NCBI GenBank assembly: GCA_029762535.1
Contig: JARVGK010000004.1
Coordinates: forward strand, 82,314-122,102
Length of the DNA stretch: 39,789 nucleotides
Direction: 5' to 3'
From: Thermoplasmatota archaeon
GTDB taxonomy: Archaea; Thermoplasmatota; Penumbrarchaeia; Penumbrarchaeales; Penumbrarchaeaceae
The position numbers were made by a program, and so were the translations under genes. Shown piece after piece: positions 26,950-36,215 of the stretch. The notes below the pieces were generated by a model that was not told the origin of the DNA, made no database searches, and saw only the letters and a program-made list of their open reading frames with translations. The stretch's first letter is position 1, and every line of letters starts with the position of its first letter.

Positions 26950-29900
26950 ATGGCTGGCATCAGGGAAAGGCTGACCAGGATAGGGTGCGCGGTCCGTTCG
27001 GTCCCGTTCATGGGATGGGCGTTGGAGCATTTCGGCGAGTTCCTGCTCGCCACGCTTCTTTTCCTGCTCCTTTTGATCGTTGTTGCCGGGTTATATGCGG
27101 TCCCGTCGGAACTGAAACCGATGGTCGCCATGGCGGGGCTCGTGTACCTGATCATGGTGGTGTTCGTCATCCTTCTCCTGGCGCTGTACAACAGGCTGCA
27201 GTTGAGAATGGGGTTCCGCAACCTTATAAGGCACAGGTCGGACTCGATCATCGCCGTTCTGGGTTTCATGATAGGGACATCGATAATCTGCTCCTCCATG
27301 GCCATAGGGGATACAATGGACAACATGATGGAGGGGCTCATCTACGAATCCTTCCACCTGTACGATGAACAGGTCCAGGTCACTGGACCGGACGGCAGAG
27401 CCGTATATTTCAACGGCTCGGAGGCGAACGAGATCGCCTCGATCGTCTGGTCCATCAATAATGGCAGTAAGCTGATCGACGGGGTCTCGTGGGAGGTCCT
27501 CGAATCAGGCTCGATAATCAACATCGACTCCAGTCTATTCGAGCCCAGCGTCAGCCTGAAGGCGCACAGCCCTGATTCGACGGGAGCGTTCGGCGGTTTC
27601 AGGTCGGGAGGCTCCAGCGTCGATTTGGACCTCGGACCCGGCGAGGCGGCCTTAACGGAAAGCCTCGCAGAGAAGATCTCAGCTGAGAATGGCCAAAAGA
27701 TCATGCTGAACACATGGGGCGGGACAGGCACCTTCACCGTAAAGCACATACTCGACGTCGATGGAAGGAGCGCTACCTTCTCCAGGGACAGCGTTTATCT
27801 ATCATTCGAGGGGATATGGGGACTGTTCAATCTCACGACGGAAGGCCCATCCCCCAAGGGGGGCAGAGGCGACTGGTCCTTTGGCTTCTACAATGTGTTG
27901 TATATCTCCAACGAGGGGGGCCGGGTGGAAGGGGCATCCCTCTGTAAAGAGGTGATCGAGAAGCTGGAGGATGAGCTCTCTGAATATCCTCATCCTCTGG
28001 GGGAGGGGGTCAAATGGGAGGTGAACCTGGACAAGGATTCGAGCGTCAAGGAGGCCAAGTCCCAGATGGAGCAGTTCTCCAAGCTCTTCCTGATACTCGG
28101 TACATTCACCATCATTGCGGGCGTCACCCTCATCATCAACATATTCGTGATGCTCTCCGAGGAGAGGATGGAGGAGATGGGGATCTCAAGGGCTATCGGC
28201 ATGAGGAGGAAGCATCTGAGAAGGATATACCTGTTCGAGGGAACCGCATACAGCATCCTTTCCTCTTCGGTGGGAGTGCTCTTCGGCATATTCAGCGGGT
28301 ATATCATCATCCTATTGATACAGAGGATATTCGAGAACATGGGTATATCCGGTTTCAATATTCTCAAGTTCTATACGGTAACGCCCACGTCCATCATTCT
28401 ATCCTTCGTGGCGGGCTTCGCGATAACCATCTCGACGACGCTGTTCATCACCCAGAGGGTCGCCAGGCTCAACATAGTCAGCGCGATCCGGAACACACCA
28501 GTTCCCACGGGGTCGCCGGGTCAGGTCAGGTTCTTTCAAAGGCTCTTAGGGGTCATCGATCCCAGGACCGGGGAAGGTGATGGTAGTAGCCTGTCAAAGG
28601 TCATCGGTTTCGCATTCTCCAACTACACCATAACTGGCCTGGCCCTTTTGGTCACAGGTGGCGTTCTCGCCGCGACAGGGATCCCATCGAAGACCGGGTG
28701 GTCGTCCCATCTGGGCATATCGCTTATCCTCATCGGCGCATCGTTCCTCATCAGGCATTTCCTGAGCCAGAGGCTGACCTTCAATATCGCGGCACTGCTC
28801 CTCCTGGGATTCTGGATTGCCCCGATCCCATTCTTCAAGGGCTATTCGGGGGATCTCGAGATGTTCATACTCTCAGGCATGTTCATGGTCTCCTCCGGGG
28901 TGCTTCTGCTTGTCTGGAACACCGATATAATTTTATGGATCGCGGAAAAGGTACTATCTCTCATCAGGGTCTCCCCGGCATCCGTAAAGATGGCGATCTC
29001 CTACCCCGTCAAGAAGAGGTTCAGGACCGGCGTGACGATATTCATGTTCGCCCTTATCATATTCACCATAACCGGCATGTCAATGATAATCGAGATATTC
29101 AACGTGAACATAAGCTCGTTCGAGCGCAGCATAGGCGGCGGATACAATTTGATAGGTGTCTCAACAGTCAGCGGAATAGAGGACCTGGAGGGAACGGTAT
29201 CCATACTGGATCCGGTCAATCATACGTACATAGACTGGGACAACACCCATTCCCTATCGAACGGATACATCAGGATCAACTATACCGTTCCCATGCTCGG
29301 CACAAAAGACGAGATGATATACCCGTGTGCTGGTGTGTCAGAACGCTTCATCGAGAGGAACACCTACGGTTTCACCGATGTCGCATGGGAACTTATAGAT
29401 GAAGGAGGAAAACTGGAACGCAACGACGATCTGGTATGGCGTTCCCTCGATGAAGGCAGGTTCGTCATCCTCGACGGAGGGCTGGCCCCCGGGAACATGT
29501 TCGGCTTCGGCTCCCCTTTAGGGATAAAGCTGGGAGAGAACCTGACGCTGGTGAACTACAACAACACCCACATCAACAGGACCGTTCTGGCTTTCACTGA
29601 GCAGTTCGGAATCTCCGGTGTCTTCATGCACGAGGAGCGAGCCCTTGCCGATTTCGGGATCGCCGAGAAGCGGATACATCTGATAGCGCTTTCCGATGAT
29701 GGAAGGACGTCGGAGGTCTCCGAAGGCCTGAGGCGCAACCTTCTCCCATACGGCTTCTACACAGTGATAATAAGCGAGATCGTTAAGGACATACTCAAGT
29801 CCCAGAACGCGTTCTTCGACCTGTTCAACGCTTTCCTGTCCCTCGGTCTGATAATAGGCATCGTCGGACTGGGGATCGTCACTCTGCGCTCCGTTTACGA

Positions 29901-30210
29901 GCGCAGGCACGAGATCGGGATGATGAGGGCCATCGGCTTCAAGAGGAGGATGGTGGTCGGCTCGTTCCTGGGCGAGAGCGGCTTCATCGCTGGCTCCGGT
30001 CTTATCATAGGTTCGGGGCTGGGCATTATTCTGGGATGGATACTGTGGAGGGACGAGGGGTTCGGACAGGACTTCGACCAGTTCGGGATCCCTTACATGA
30101 AGCTCCTTTTCATATTGGGCCTGGCCTTCGCCGTCGCGCTGATATCCTCCATACCCCCATCATTGAAAGCTTCCAGGATCGCGCCGGCCGACGCGCTCAG
30201 GTACGAATGA
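26950..30210 (+). CDS. ABC transporter permease with duplicated FtsX/MacB-like domains
   Basis: Two copies of ER..E.G..RAIG (ERMEEMGISRAIG; ERRHEIGMMRAIG) and C-terminal P.DALRYE. Follows the ATPase gene. Confidence 0.92.
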   Translation: MAGIRERLTRIGCAVRSVPFMGWALEHFGEFLLATLLFLLLLIVVAGLYAVPSELKPMVAMAGLVYLIMVVFVILLLALYNRLQLRMGFRNLIRHRSDSIIAVLGFMIGTSIICSSMAIGDTMDNMMEGLIYESFHLYDEQVQVTGPDGRAVYFNGSEANEIASIVWSINNGSKLIDGVSWEVLESGSIINIDSSLFEPSVSLKAHSPDSTGAFGGFRSGGSSVDLDLGPGEAALTESLAEKISAENGQKIMLNTWGGTGTFTVKHILDVDGRSATFSRDSVYLSFEGIWGLFNLTTEGPSPKGGRGDWSFGFYNVLYISNEGGRVEGASLCKEVIEKLEDELSEYPHPLGEGVKWEVNLDKDSSVKEAKSQMEQFSKLFLILGTFTIIAGVTLIINIFVMLSEERMEEMGISRAIGMRRKHLRRIYLFEGTAYSILSSSVGVLFGIFSGYIIILLIQRIFENMGISGFNILKFYTVTPTSIILSFVAGFAITISTTLFITQRVARLNIVSAIRNTPVPTGSPGQVRFFQRLLGVIDPRTGEGDGSSLSKVIGFAFSNYTITGLALLVTGGVLAATGIPSKTGWSSHLGISLILIGASFLIRHFLSQRLTFNIAALLLLGFWIAPIPFFKGYSGDLEMFILSGMFMVSSGVLLLVWNTDIILWIAEKVLSLIRVSPASVKMAISYPVKKRFRTGVTIFMFALIIFTITGMSMIIEIFNVNISSFERSIGGGYNLIGVSTVSGIEDLEGTVSILDPVNHTYIDWDNTHSLSNGYIRINYTVPMLGTKDEMIYPCAGVSERFIERNTYGFTDVAWELIDEGGKLERNDDLVWRSLDEGRFVILDGGLAPGNMFGFGSPLGIKLGENLTLVNYNNTHINRTVLAFTEQFGISGVFMHEERALADFGIAEKRIHLIALSDDGRTSEVSEGLRRNLLPYGFYTVIISEIVKDILKSQNAFFDLFNAFLSLGLIIGIVGLGIVTLRSVYERRHEIGMMRAIGFKRRMVVGSFLGESGFIAGSGLIIGSGLGIILGWILWRDEGFGQDFDQFGIPYMKLLFILGLAFAVALISSIPPSLKASRIAPADALRYE

Positions 30211-30219
30211 AGGTTTGGT

Positions 30220-30711
30220 TCACCTCCTTTTCCTTGGATAATCGGGAGCATACCTCAATTTCAGCTCGGTCATGTGCTTTCTGAAGGTGATCAAGCGGTG
30301 CTCGCACGCGATGAGATCGGCGTATCTCTCGACCCCAAGTAGCAGCCAGTACGTGTCGTCCCCGAAGTCGTGGACCAGCGTCCTGAACTCCTGATAGGTG
30401 AAGAAATCCACCTCGCCCTGATTGTAGCTGCTCTCGGACGTGGCCTTCGCCCTTTCGAAGAATGGCCCGAGCATCTCCATCAGTTCATCCCGGTCCCTCT
30501 TGGCCATTTTGACCTTATCGAAGAAGCCCTCGTTGAGGTTGTGTTCGAAGAGCCGGATCAGGTTCGAGTAAAGCGTCGCCTCAACGAAATTCGCAGCATC
30601 GTCGATCAGGGGGATGTACTTGTGCGTGGAGTTCGATATAGTCCTCTGCGTTCCCTCCACCACGGAGCAGAAATTACGGTAGAAATCCCCCTCGGGCTTC
30701 TTTTCTTCCAT
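30220..30711 (-). CDS. Hypothetical alpha-helical protein
   Basis: 163-aa ORF fills the gap, has a GGTGA SD 7 nt before the ATG, and has no recognised motif. Confidence 0.65.
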   Translation of the reverse strand: MEEKKPEGDFYRNFCSVVEGTQRTISNSTHKYIPLIDDAANFVEATLYSNLIRLFEHNLNEGFFDKVKMAKRDRDELMEMLGPFFERAKATSESSYNQGEVDFFTYQEFRTLVHDFGDDTYWLLLGVERYADLIACEHRLITFRKHMTELKLRYAPDYPRKRR

Positions 30712-30718
30712 TCACGGC

Positions 30719-30771
30719 TCACCGTATCGATATATCGCACGGCGATAGCAGTGGGAAGTATAATACGGTGA
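30719..30771 (-). promoter_or_regulatory. Stem-loop sequestering the SD of ORF 30220..30711
   Basis: 9-bp inverted repeat TCACCGTAT (30719-27)/ATACGGTGA (30763-71) with inner TATCGC/GCGATA. Confidence 0.5.
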
Positions 30772-30797
30772 TGGTCCACAAAGGCCATTATCGAGGA

Positions 30798-31139
30798 TCA
30801 GAGCTCGTGAGTGCTCTCCCAGACCCCGTGTATGTTGCAGTACGAGGTCGCGACGAGAGCCTTGAAGTCGGCGCATGATACGTGGAAGCAGGCGCTTGGC
30901 TCGGTGTATCCCGGACCGAAAACGGACCTGCCTATGTCTATAACGTTACCGTCCGTCTTCACACCGAAAAGCTCGATCCATACGATATGATGCTCCGTCA
31001 GGTTCGGATGGGGGACGTCCTTGCCAACCACCACCTTGACTATGTCCTTTCCGGCCTTCCCCTCTCCCTTCAAGAGGTCTATGATAGGTACGTGCTTCTC
31101 CTTTCCTTCCGCGGTCTTGTACAGTTCTCCCATTCTCAT
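30798..31139 (-). CDS. sor: Superoxide reductase (neelaredoxin, 1Fe-SOR)
   Basis: EKHVP, HP...EHHI.WIEL and YCNIHG.W iron ligands. No desulforedoxin domain. Confidence 0.93.
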   Translation of the reverse strand: MRMGELYKTAEGKEKHVPIIDLLKGEGKAGKDIVKVVVGKDVPHPNLTEHHIVWIELFGVKTDGNVIDIGRSVFGPGYTEPSACFHVSCADFKALVATSYCNIHGVWESTHEL

Positions 31140-31310
31140 CTGCTCACCTCTGAACTATTATCTCATGTCACGACCTTATACATCAAGTATCTAATTAATT
31201 ATTTGAGGTTAGGCATTGTACATTCCACAACACGGGATCATTGTCCGAAGCATGGATCATTTCGCGACATCCACTCATTGTTTTATCTACGAGCTCGTAT
31301 TTCAGGTAAC

Positions 31311-32702
31311 ATGGCCCCAAGGACCCGCGCGGCCTTGTTCGCCCTGCTGGCCGTCGCACTGCTATCTCTCTCTGCCGCAGCCGTGCTGAACAGGGACCGC
31401 CTCCTAAACTGGAGCGAACCATATCTGATCGGCTTCGACACCACAAGGGCAGAGACGCATGTCAGGGAGCTGATACAATGGGGGCCCAGGATGTCAGGGA
31501 CGGAGGCCGAGCTCGAGGGGGCCCTCTACATACAGAGGCAATTCGCGGAGGCGGGGTTGACTGATGTCCACATGGAGAATTACACTGTGCCCATGTTCGA
31601 GGTCATATCGGCCGATATGCAGATGGTCCAGTATATGCCCCTGGGGAACCTCCCGAGGCCCAACGGGGAGACAGTGTCCTACGAACATATGACCCAGTTC
31701 GTTGTCCAGGGATACTCGGGATCCAGGCGCTGGAGCGGCTTCCGGGACGATCTCGAGATCATAAACATCGGAGACGGCTCCGATCACGCCAGCTTTTCAA
31801 GGGCCAGGGGCAGGGCCTGCTTCATCGAGCAGACCGAGAGCACACCTTCGAACTGGGAGCTTTACGACATGGCCGCTGACGCCGGGGTGGAGGCCGTTGT
31901 GCTCCAGAACCTCTTCCAGGGGGAAAGCATCGGTTATCTGCCGTTCTTCAAGTCGGGTCCCGATATCGGCAGCTCCAGGAGGATCCCAGTACTGATGGTG
32001 GGCAAGGATGCCGGGGACGATATGCTCAGGAGGAGCGGATACAAGTTGAGGCTTGACCTTGATGTTTTGATAGAGGACAGGCCGATCAGGGTGGTCGTGG
32101 GAGATATAAAGGGGAGCGGGGACGATCTATACGTTTTCACCGCGCATCACGACACCTGCTACAACACGGTCGGGGCCATAGACAACACCGTTGGCCCGGC
32201 GACCCTGATAGAGATCGCGAGGGGGATGGCATCCTCCGGGAAGAGCTTCCGCTCCACGGTGCGCTTCGCGACGTTCGGCGGCGAGGAAGAGGGACTTTTC
32301 GGCTCGATAGCATATTACGATGCGCACAGGAGCGAACTGGGCAGGAACTGCAAGGCCGTCCTGAACTTCGATATGGCCCACGTCGATGCGAGGACCAGCT
32401 CCGCACCCATGACGTGTACCGATAACGGGACCATAAGCTCCGTGTTGAAGTACAGGGACCTGCTGATCAAGGCGGAGCCGAGCCTTTCCAGATACGAGAT
32501 CGACGGATATTACAGCGAGATGCAGACACCTTACTCGGATTTCTGGCCGTTCGTGATGGACGGGGCCACCGGGATCGCGGCCTGGGGATCGGGATGCTAC
32601 GAATACCACACGTACAAGGACGATATTACCCATCTCAATCCCGAATCGCTGCAGATATGGGGGCGCATTCTGGGATCGTACGCCCTTGAAGCGAGCACCT
32701 GA
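31311..32702 (+). CDS. Secreted M28 family aminopeptidase with PA domain
   Basis: Signal/TM at MAPRTRAALFALLAVALL, then AHHD, GAIDN, GGEEEGL.GS, NFDM, SD..PF and YHT. True start 31311. Confidence 0.9.
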   Translation: MAPRTRAALFALLAVALLSLSAAAVLNRDRLLNWSEPYLIGFDTTRAETHVRELIQWGPRMSGTEAELEGALYIQRQFAEAGLTDVHMENYTVPMFEVISADMQMVQYMPLGNLPRPNGETVSYEHMTQFVVQGYSGSRRWSGFRDDLEIINIGDGSDHASFSRARGRACFIEQTESTPSNWELYDMAADAGVEAVVLQNLFQGESIGYLPFFKSGPDIGSSRRIPVLMVGKDAGDDMLRRSGYKLRLDLDVLIEDRPIRVVVGDIKGSGDDLYVFTAHHDTCYNTVGAIDNTVGPATLIEIARGMASSGKSFRSTVRFATFGGEEEGLFGSIAYYDAHRSELGRNCKAVLNFDMAHVDARTSSAPMTCTDNGTISSVLKYRDLLIKAEPSLSRYEIDGYYSEMQTPYSDFWPFVMDGATGIAAWGSGCYEYHTYKDDITHLNPESLQIWGRILGSYALEAST

Positions 32703-32709
32703 TGCGGCA

Positions 32710-33624
32710 TCAAACATCGAAACGGTGCAGCCCCGCCTCCTTCGCCCATCGGAGCGCTCTCTCATATTCATCGTTCGTTATTCTCCTGTCCATACCCTCG
32801 ATAAATGAGGCCATGAACGAGGGACGATACTGGTCCATTATGTTGACGTAGGTATCGATCGATATACTGTCCGCCAAAAAACGCATGGTGTCCTGCGTCC
32901 CGGATGCGTCCTCAGGAAGGATAAGGTGCCTTACGAGCAGCCCTCTTGTCGCGAGGCCCATCCCGTCGATCATCATATCCCCTACCTGCCTGTGCATCTC
33001 CAGCATGGCCCTCCTGTTCACATCGGGATAGTCCGAAGCGTCAGAGAGCCTCGATGCCTGCTCGGCCGAGGAGTATTTCATGTCAGGCATGTAGATATCC
33101 ACGATCCCTTCGAGAAGCCTCAGGGCCTCGATCGGATCGTAACCTCCAGAGTTATACACGATCGGTACCCTCAGCCCGTTCCGGGCCGCGTGGTAAATGG
33201 CCTCCAGGACCTGCGGCATCACATGAGTAGGGGATACCAGATTGATGTTGTGGCAGCCCATATCCTGAAGGGAGATCATGATGCGCGAGTGGTCCTGTGG
33301 TCCAAAGGGGGTCCCAGAGATATCCTGGCTTATGTTGTAGTTCTGGCAGAAAGCGCATTTCAGGTTGCACCCTGAATAGAATATCGTCCCGGACCCCTTC
33401 CATCCGCTTATTGGCGCCTCCTCTCCATAATGGGGGCCGTAGCTTGCTATGACGGGATCCCTCCCTATCCGGCAGTATCCGGTCATGCCGTCGATCCGGT
33501 CAACACCGCAACGTCTGGGACATGCTTTGCATGCACGAAGAATGTCAATGGACGCGCCGATCCTGTCCTCGAACTCATCGTTCGTCATCGAGAGATAATC
33601 AGGAGATGGAGGTTTCGATCCCAT
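32710..33624 (-). CDS. Radical SAM protein, PflX family
   Basis: CKACPRRC.V.R, PH.GEE..ISG..GSGTIF, GCNLKCAFCQN, HNINLVSPTH, DIYMPDMKY, VRHLILP, NIMDQYRP. Confidence 0.92.
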   Translation of the reverse strand: MGSKPPSPDYLSMTNDEFEDRIGASIDILRACKACPRRCGVDRIDGMTGYCRIGRDPVIASYGPHYGEEAPISGWKGSGTIFYSGCNLKCAFCQNYNISQDISGTPFGPQDHSRIMISLQDMGCHNINLVSPTHVMPQVLEAIYHAARNGLRVPIVYNSGGYDPIEALRLLEGIVDIYMPDMKYSSAEQASRLSDASDYPDVNRRAMLEMHRQVGDMMIDGMGLATRGLLVRHLILPEDASGTQDTMRFLADSISIDTYVNIMDQYRPSFMASFIEGMDRRITNDEYERALRWAKEAGLHRFDV

Positions 33625-33682
33625 CAGCGAAGGGATCGTGTTGCTCTTATTAAATATCATTCGGGCATATACCGCATATGAT

Positions 33683-34609
33683 ATGCAAAAAGATAGAAGC
33701 TCGGCCCCGTTCCTTTTCGGAGACGAGGTGAAAGAGGCGTTCGACATCCCAACTCCCATAGTGGCGTTCGAGACCGCGTTCATGACCCATGGTCTCCCGG
33801 AAGGTGTCGGCATCGAGGTAATGAACGAAATGATGGAGGCCTGCAGGTCGAGATGTGCCGTTCCGTCCCCGATCGGGGTTGTGGATGGTGACATACTGGT
33901 CGGAATGGACGAAGACCAGCTATTATCCCTATCCCTTGATCCGGATAGGGAGAAGATCAGCTCCAGGGACCTGGGCTTTGCCGCAACGCGCAAGCTCAGT
34001 GGTGGTACCACCGTCTCATCCACGCTGAGGATATCCCATATTTCCGGGATCGACGTCATGGCGACCGGGGGAATAGGGGGAGTACATCCGGTCGCCAACG
34101 GGAAGATCGACATATCGCAGGACCTGTTGGAGCTCTCCAGATGTCCGTTGATGATCGTATGCTCGGGTCCCAAATCCATCCTCGATGTGGAGGCGACCTA
34201 CGAGATATTGGAGGCATTATGCGTCCCTGTGGCCGCTTACGGAACGGGAACCCTTCCAGGTTTTCTCTTCGAGACGGGGATCCCCGCTGAGCGAGTTCTC
34301 GATTCGCCGGAGAGGGCCTGCCGATCGTTCAATGAACATATGAGGTTCGGATCGGGTTCCGCTTTCCTCGTTGCGAACCCTCTATCCAAGGAACTTAGTC
34401 TGGAACGAGAATATGTATCGGACCTCCTAAACAGGTCCGATCCCCTCATCCCGGGGCGCTCTCGCACGCCGGAGGCCCTGTCCGGTCTCTCGAGGCTGTC
34501 GGGAGGAAGAACGCTCGAGGCCAACCGATCCCTCCTTGTGGGCAATGCGCGTCTCGCTGCGGAGATGGCCTCGGAGCTCCATGCTCTGATAAGGACCAAA
34601 TCTAAATAA
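33683..34609 (+). CDS. psuG: Pseudouridine-5'-phosphate glycosidase (PsuG/IndA family)
   Basis: VAFETAFMTHGLP, KISSRDL, TTVS.T, ATGGIGGVH, DIS.DL.EL, CSGPKSILD (Schiff-base Lys), TP..L, N..L...NA.LA. Confidence 0.88.
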   Translation: MQKDRSSAPFLFGDEVKEAFDIPTPIVAFETAFMTHGLPEGVGIEVMNEMMEACRSRCAVPSPIGVVDGDILVGMDEDQLLSLSLDPDREKISSRDLGFAATRKLSGGTTVSSTLRISHISGIDVMATGGIGGVHPVANGKIDISQDLLELSRCPLMIVCSGPKSILDVEATYEILEALCVPVAAYGTGTLPGFLFETGIPAERVLDSPERACRSFNEHMRFGSGSAFLVANPLSKELSLEREYVSDLLNRSDPLIPGRSRTPEALSGLSRLSGGRTLEANRSLLVGNARLAAEMASELHALIRTKSK

Positions 34610-34633
34610 TATGCATGGCCCATCCCCTTTTAC

Positions 34634-35407
34634 ATGAAAAGGATACGGAGCTTCAAGGGAACGAGATCCCTGGTGACAGGAGGCTCCTCGGGCATAGGGT
34701 TGGAGATCTCCAGACTCCTCGCGAACGAGGGCTCCGAGGTCATTATGGTGGCAAGGGACCCAAATAGGCTAAGAACAGCCTCAAGGTCCGTCAAGGGTTG
34801 CAAAACGTTCTCATCCGACGTCTCCGAGAAGGAAAGCCTCGATGAGGTCGCTTCAAAGGTCTTCGAAGAGGGGGCCTTGGACCTGTTGGTCAACTGCGCT
34901 GGCATATCGATCCCCGGAGAGATAACGGACCTCGAACAGAGGGCGATCGAGGACACGCTCGACATCAATCTCCTTGGGACGATCAACTCATGCCGTTCCT
35001 TCCTTTCAGGCATGGGAGAAGGATCGCATGTGATCAATTTCTCCTCCGTTGCCGGGATCGTGGGCATTTACGGCTACACCGCTTACAGCGCATCGAAGTT
35101 CGGGGTTATCGGATTCTCCCAGGCGCTGAGGATGGAGTTGAAGGAAAAAGGGATCGGGGTGTCCGTCGTTCTCCCTCCGGACACCGATACCCCGCAGCTC
35201 CATGGTGAGGACCAAATGAAGCCAAAAAGGACCAGGAGGATCTCCGGATCCATACCCGTCGCCCGACCTGAATGGGTGGCGAAGAGGACCCTGGACTCGG
35301 CAAGGTCCCGGCGCTTCATGGTCGTTCTTACGATCAGAGGAAAGTTGCTCTACCGGGCGAGCTGTTGTTTCCCGGAAGCTACAAGGTGGTATATTGACCG
35401 TCTCTGA
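34634..35407 (+). CDS. Short-chain dehydrogenase/reductase, KDSR (3-ketodihydrosphingosine reductase)-like
   Basis: TGGSSGIG, NCAG, SS.AG..G.YGYTAYSASKF, PPDTDTP. Confidence 0.88.
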   Translation: MKRIRSFKGTRSLVTGGSSGIGLEISRLLANEGSEVIMVARDPNRLRTASRSVKGCKTFSSDVSEKESLDEVASKVFEEGALDLLVNCAGISIPGEITDLEQRAIEDTLDINLLGTINSCRSFLSGMGEGSHVINFSSVAGIVGIYGYTAYSASKFGVIGFSQALRMELKEKGIGVSVVLPPDTDTPQLHGEDQMKPKRTRRISGSIPVARPEWVAKRTLDSARSRRFMVVLTIRGKLLYRASCCFPEATRWYIDRL

Positions 35408-35459
35408 CCGATCTTCTGTTGATGGGATGCCGCTTTCAGGTGTAGGTGCGGATCGAAAG

Positions 35460-36194
35460 ATGAAAGGTAGGTTGCTCGTAATCGCATCGATGATCCTGGC
35501 AGCTCTACTGGTCCTTGCATCGGTCGTCGGGATCTCGGCGTTCTTCGTGATAAGGTATATGGGATCAGGGGTGGTAGTAGAAGATCCTGGTATAGAGATA
35601 CATGGAAGCACTGTTATCCTCAAGGCTGATCTGAACGTTCCGATGGGTAGGAGAATAGGCTCACACGATCTCCATCTCGTCAGCGGGAGCGGCAGGTTCC
35701 CTGTCGAGATAATCAACAACAGCAAGGCATCCGTCGAGATGTCGGGACCCGATCTCACGTCTATGATCGAGGATGGATCGGTGGATATCGAGGGTAAAGT
35801 GGAGCTGGAGGGTGGATTGCCCATACCCAAGGTCGGAGCGAACGTCAAAAGGTCGATAGATCTGTCCTTCATCGATGATCTCAACAAGACCCTCAAGGTG
35901 GAGAACATAACTCTCGGTTTCTCGGGTATTGGCCAGATCCGTATAGGAATGGAGATCCAAATGGACAGGGAGCCGGGGATCTGGGTAAAGGCCAGGAACA
36001 CTAGCGCGGACATAGGGACAGCTTTCGCCTCCTTCAAAGGCTTCATAGAGCAGCTCGACCTTCATTTGAACGGTACGGGGAGAGCAACAGTGCTGATCCC
36101 TACCCTGGCGATCCTACCGTTGACCTTCGGCCGGAACCAGGTCACCGTTGGTTTCCACGGCATCGAGTTCGTCTTCTCATTTCCCATCGACTGA
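35460..36194 (+). CDS. Hypothetical protein with N-terminal membrane anchor and beta-rich domain(s)
   Basis: MKGRLLVIASMILAALLVLASVVGISAFFVI TM, followed by an alternating-hydrophobic beta-strand pattern. Confidence 0.65.
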   Translation: MKGRLLVIASMILAALLVLASVVGISAFFVIRYMGSGVVVEDPGIEIHGSTVILKADLNVPMGRRIGSHDLHLVSGSGRFPVEIINNSKASVEMSGPDLTSMIEDGSVDIEGKVELEGGLPIPKVGANVKRSIDLSFIDDLNKTLKVENITLGFSGIGQIRIGMEIQMDREPGIWVKARNTSADIGTAFASFKGFIEQLDLHLNGTGRATVLIPTLAILPLTFGRNQVTVGFHGIEFVFSFPID

Positions 36195-36215
36195 GAACCG
36201 ATACCCCAGACCCAT

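Noticed and set aside
30882-31310. Long N-terminal extension of the M28 peptidase
   Set aside because: It overlaps sor antisense and crosses an AT-rich promoter region. The signal peptide begins at 31311.
19523-33624. Complete AmmeMemoRadiSam system
   Set aside because: The radical SAM gene is PflX-type and about 12 kb from the MEMO-like gene, and no AMMECR1 protein is present.
33625-34179. N-terminal extension of the radical SAM ORF (apparent fusion)
   Set aside because: It is the antisense shadow of psuG. PflX similarity starts near 33624.
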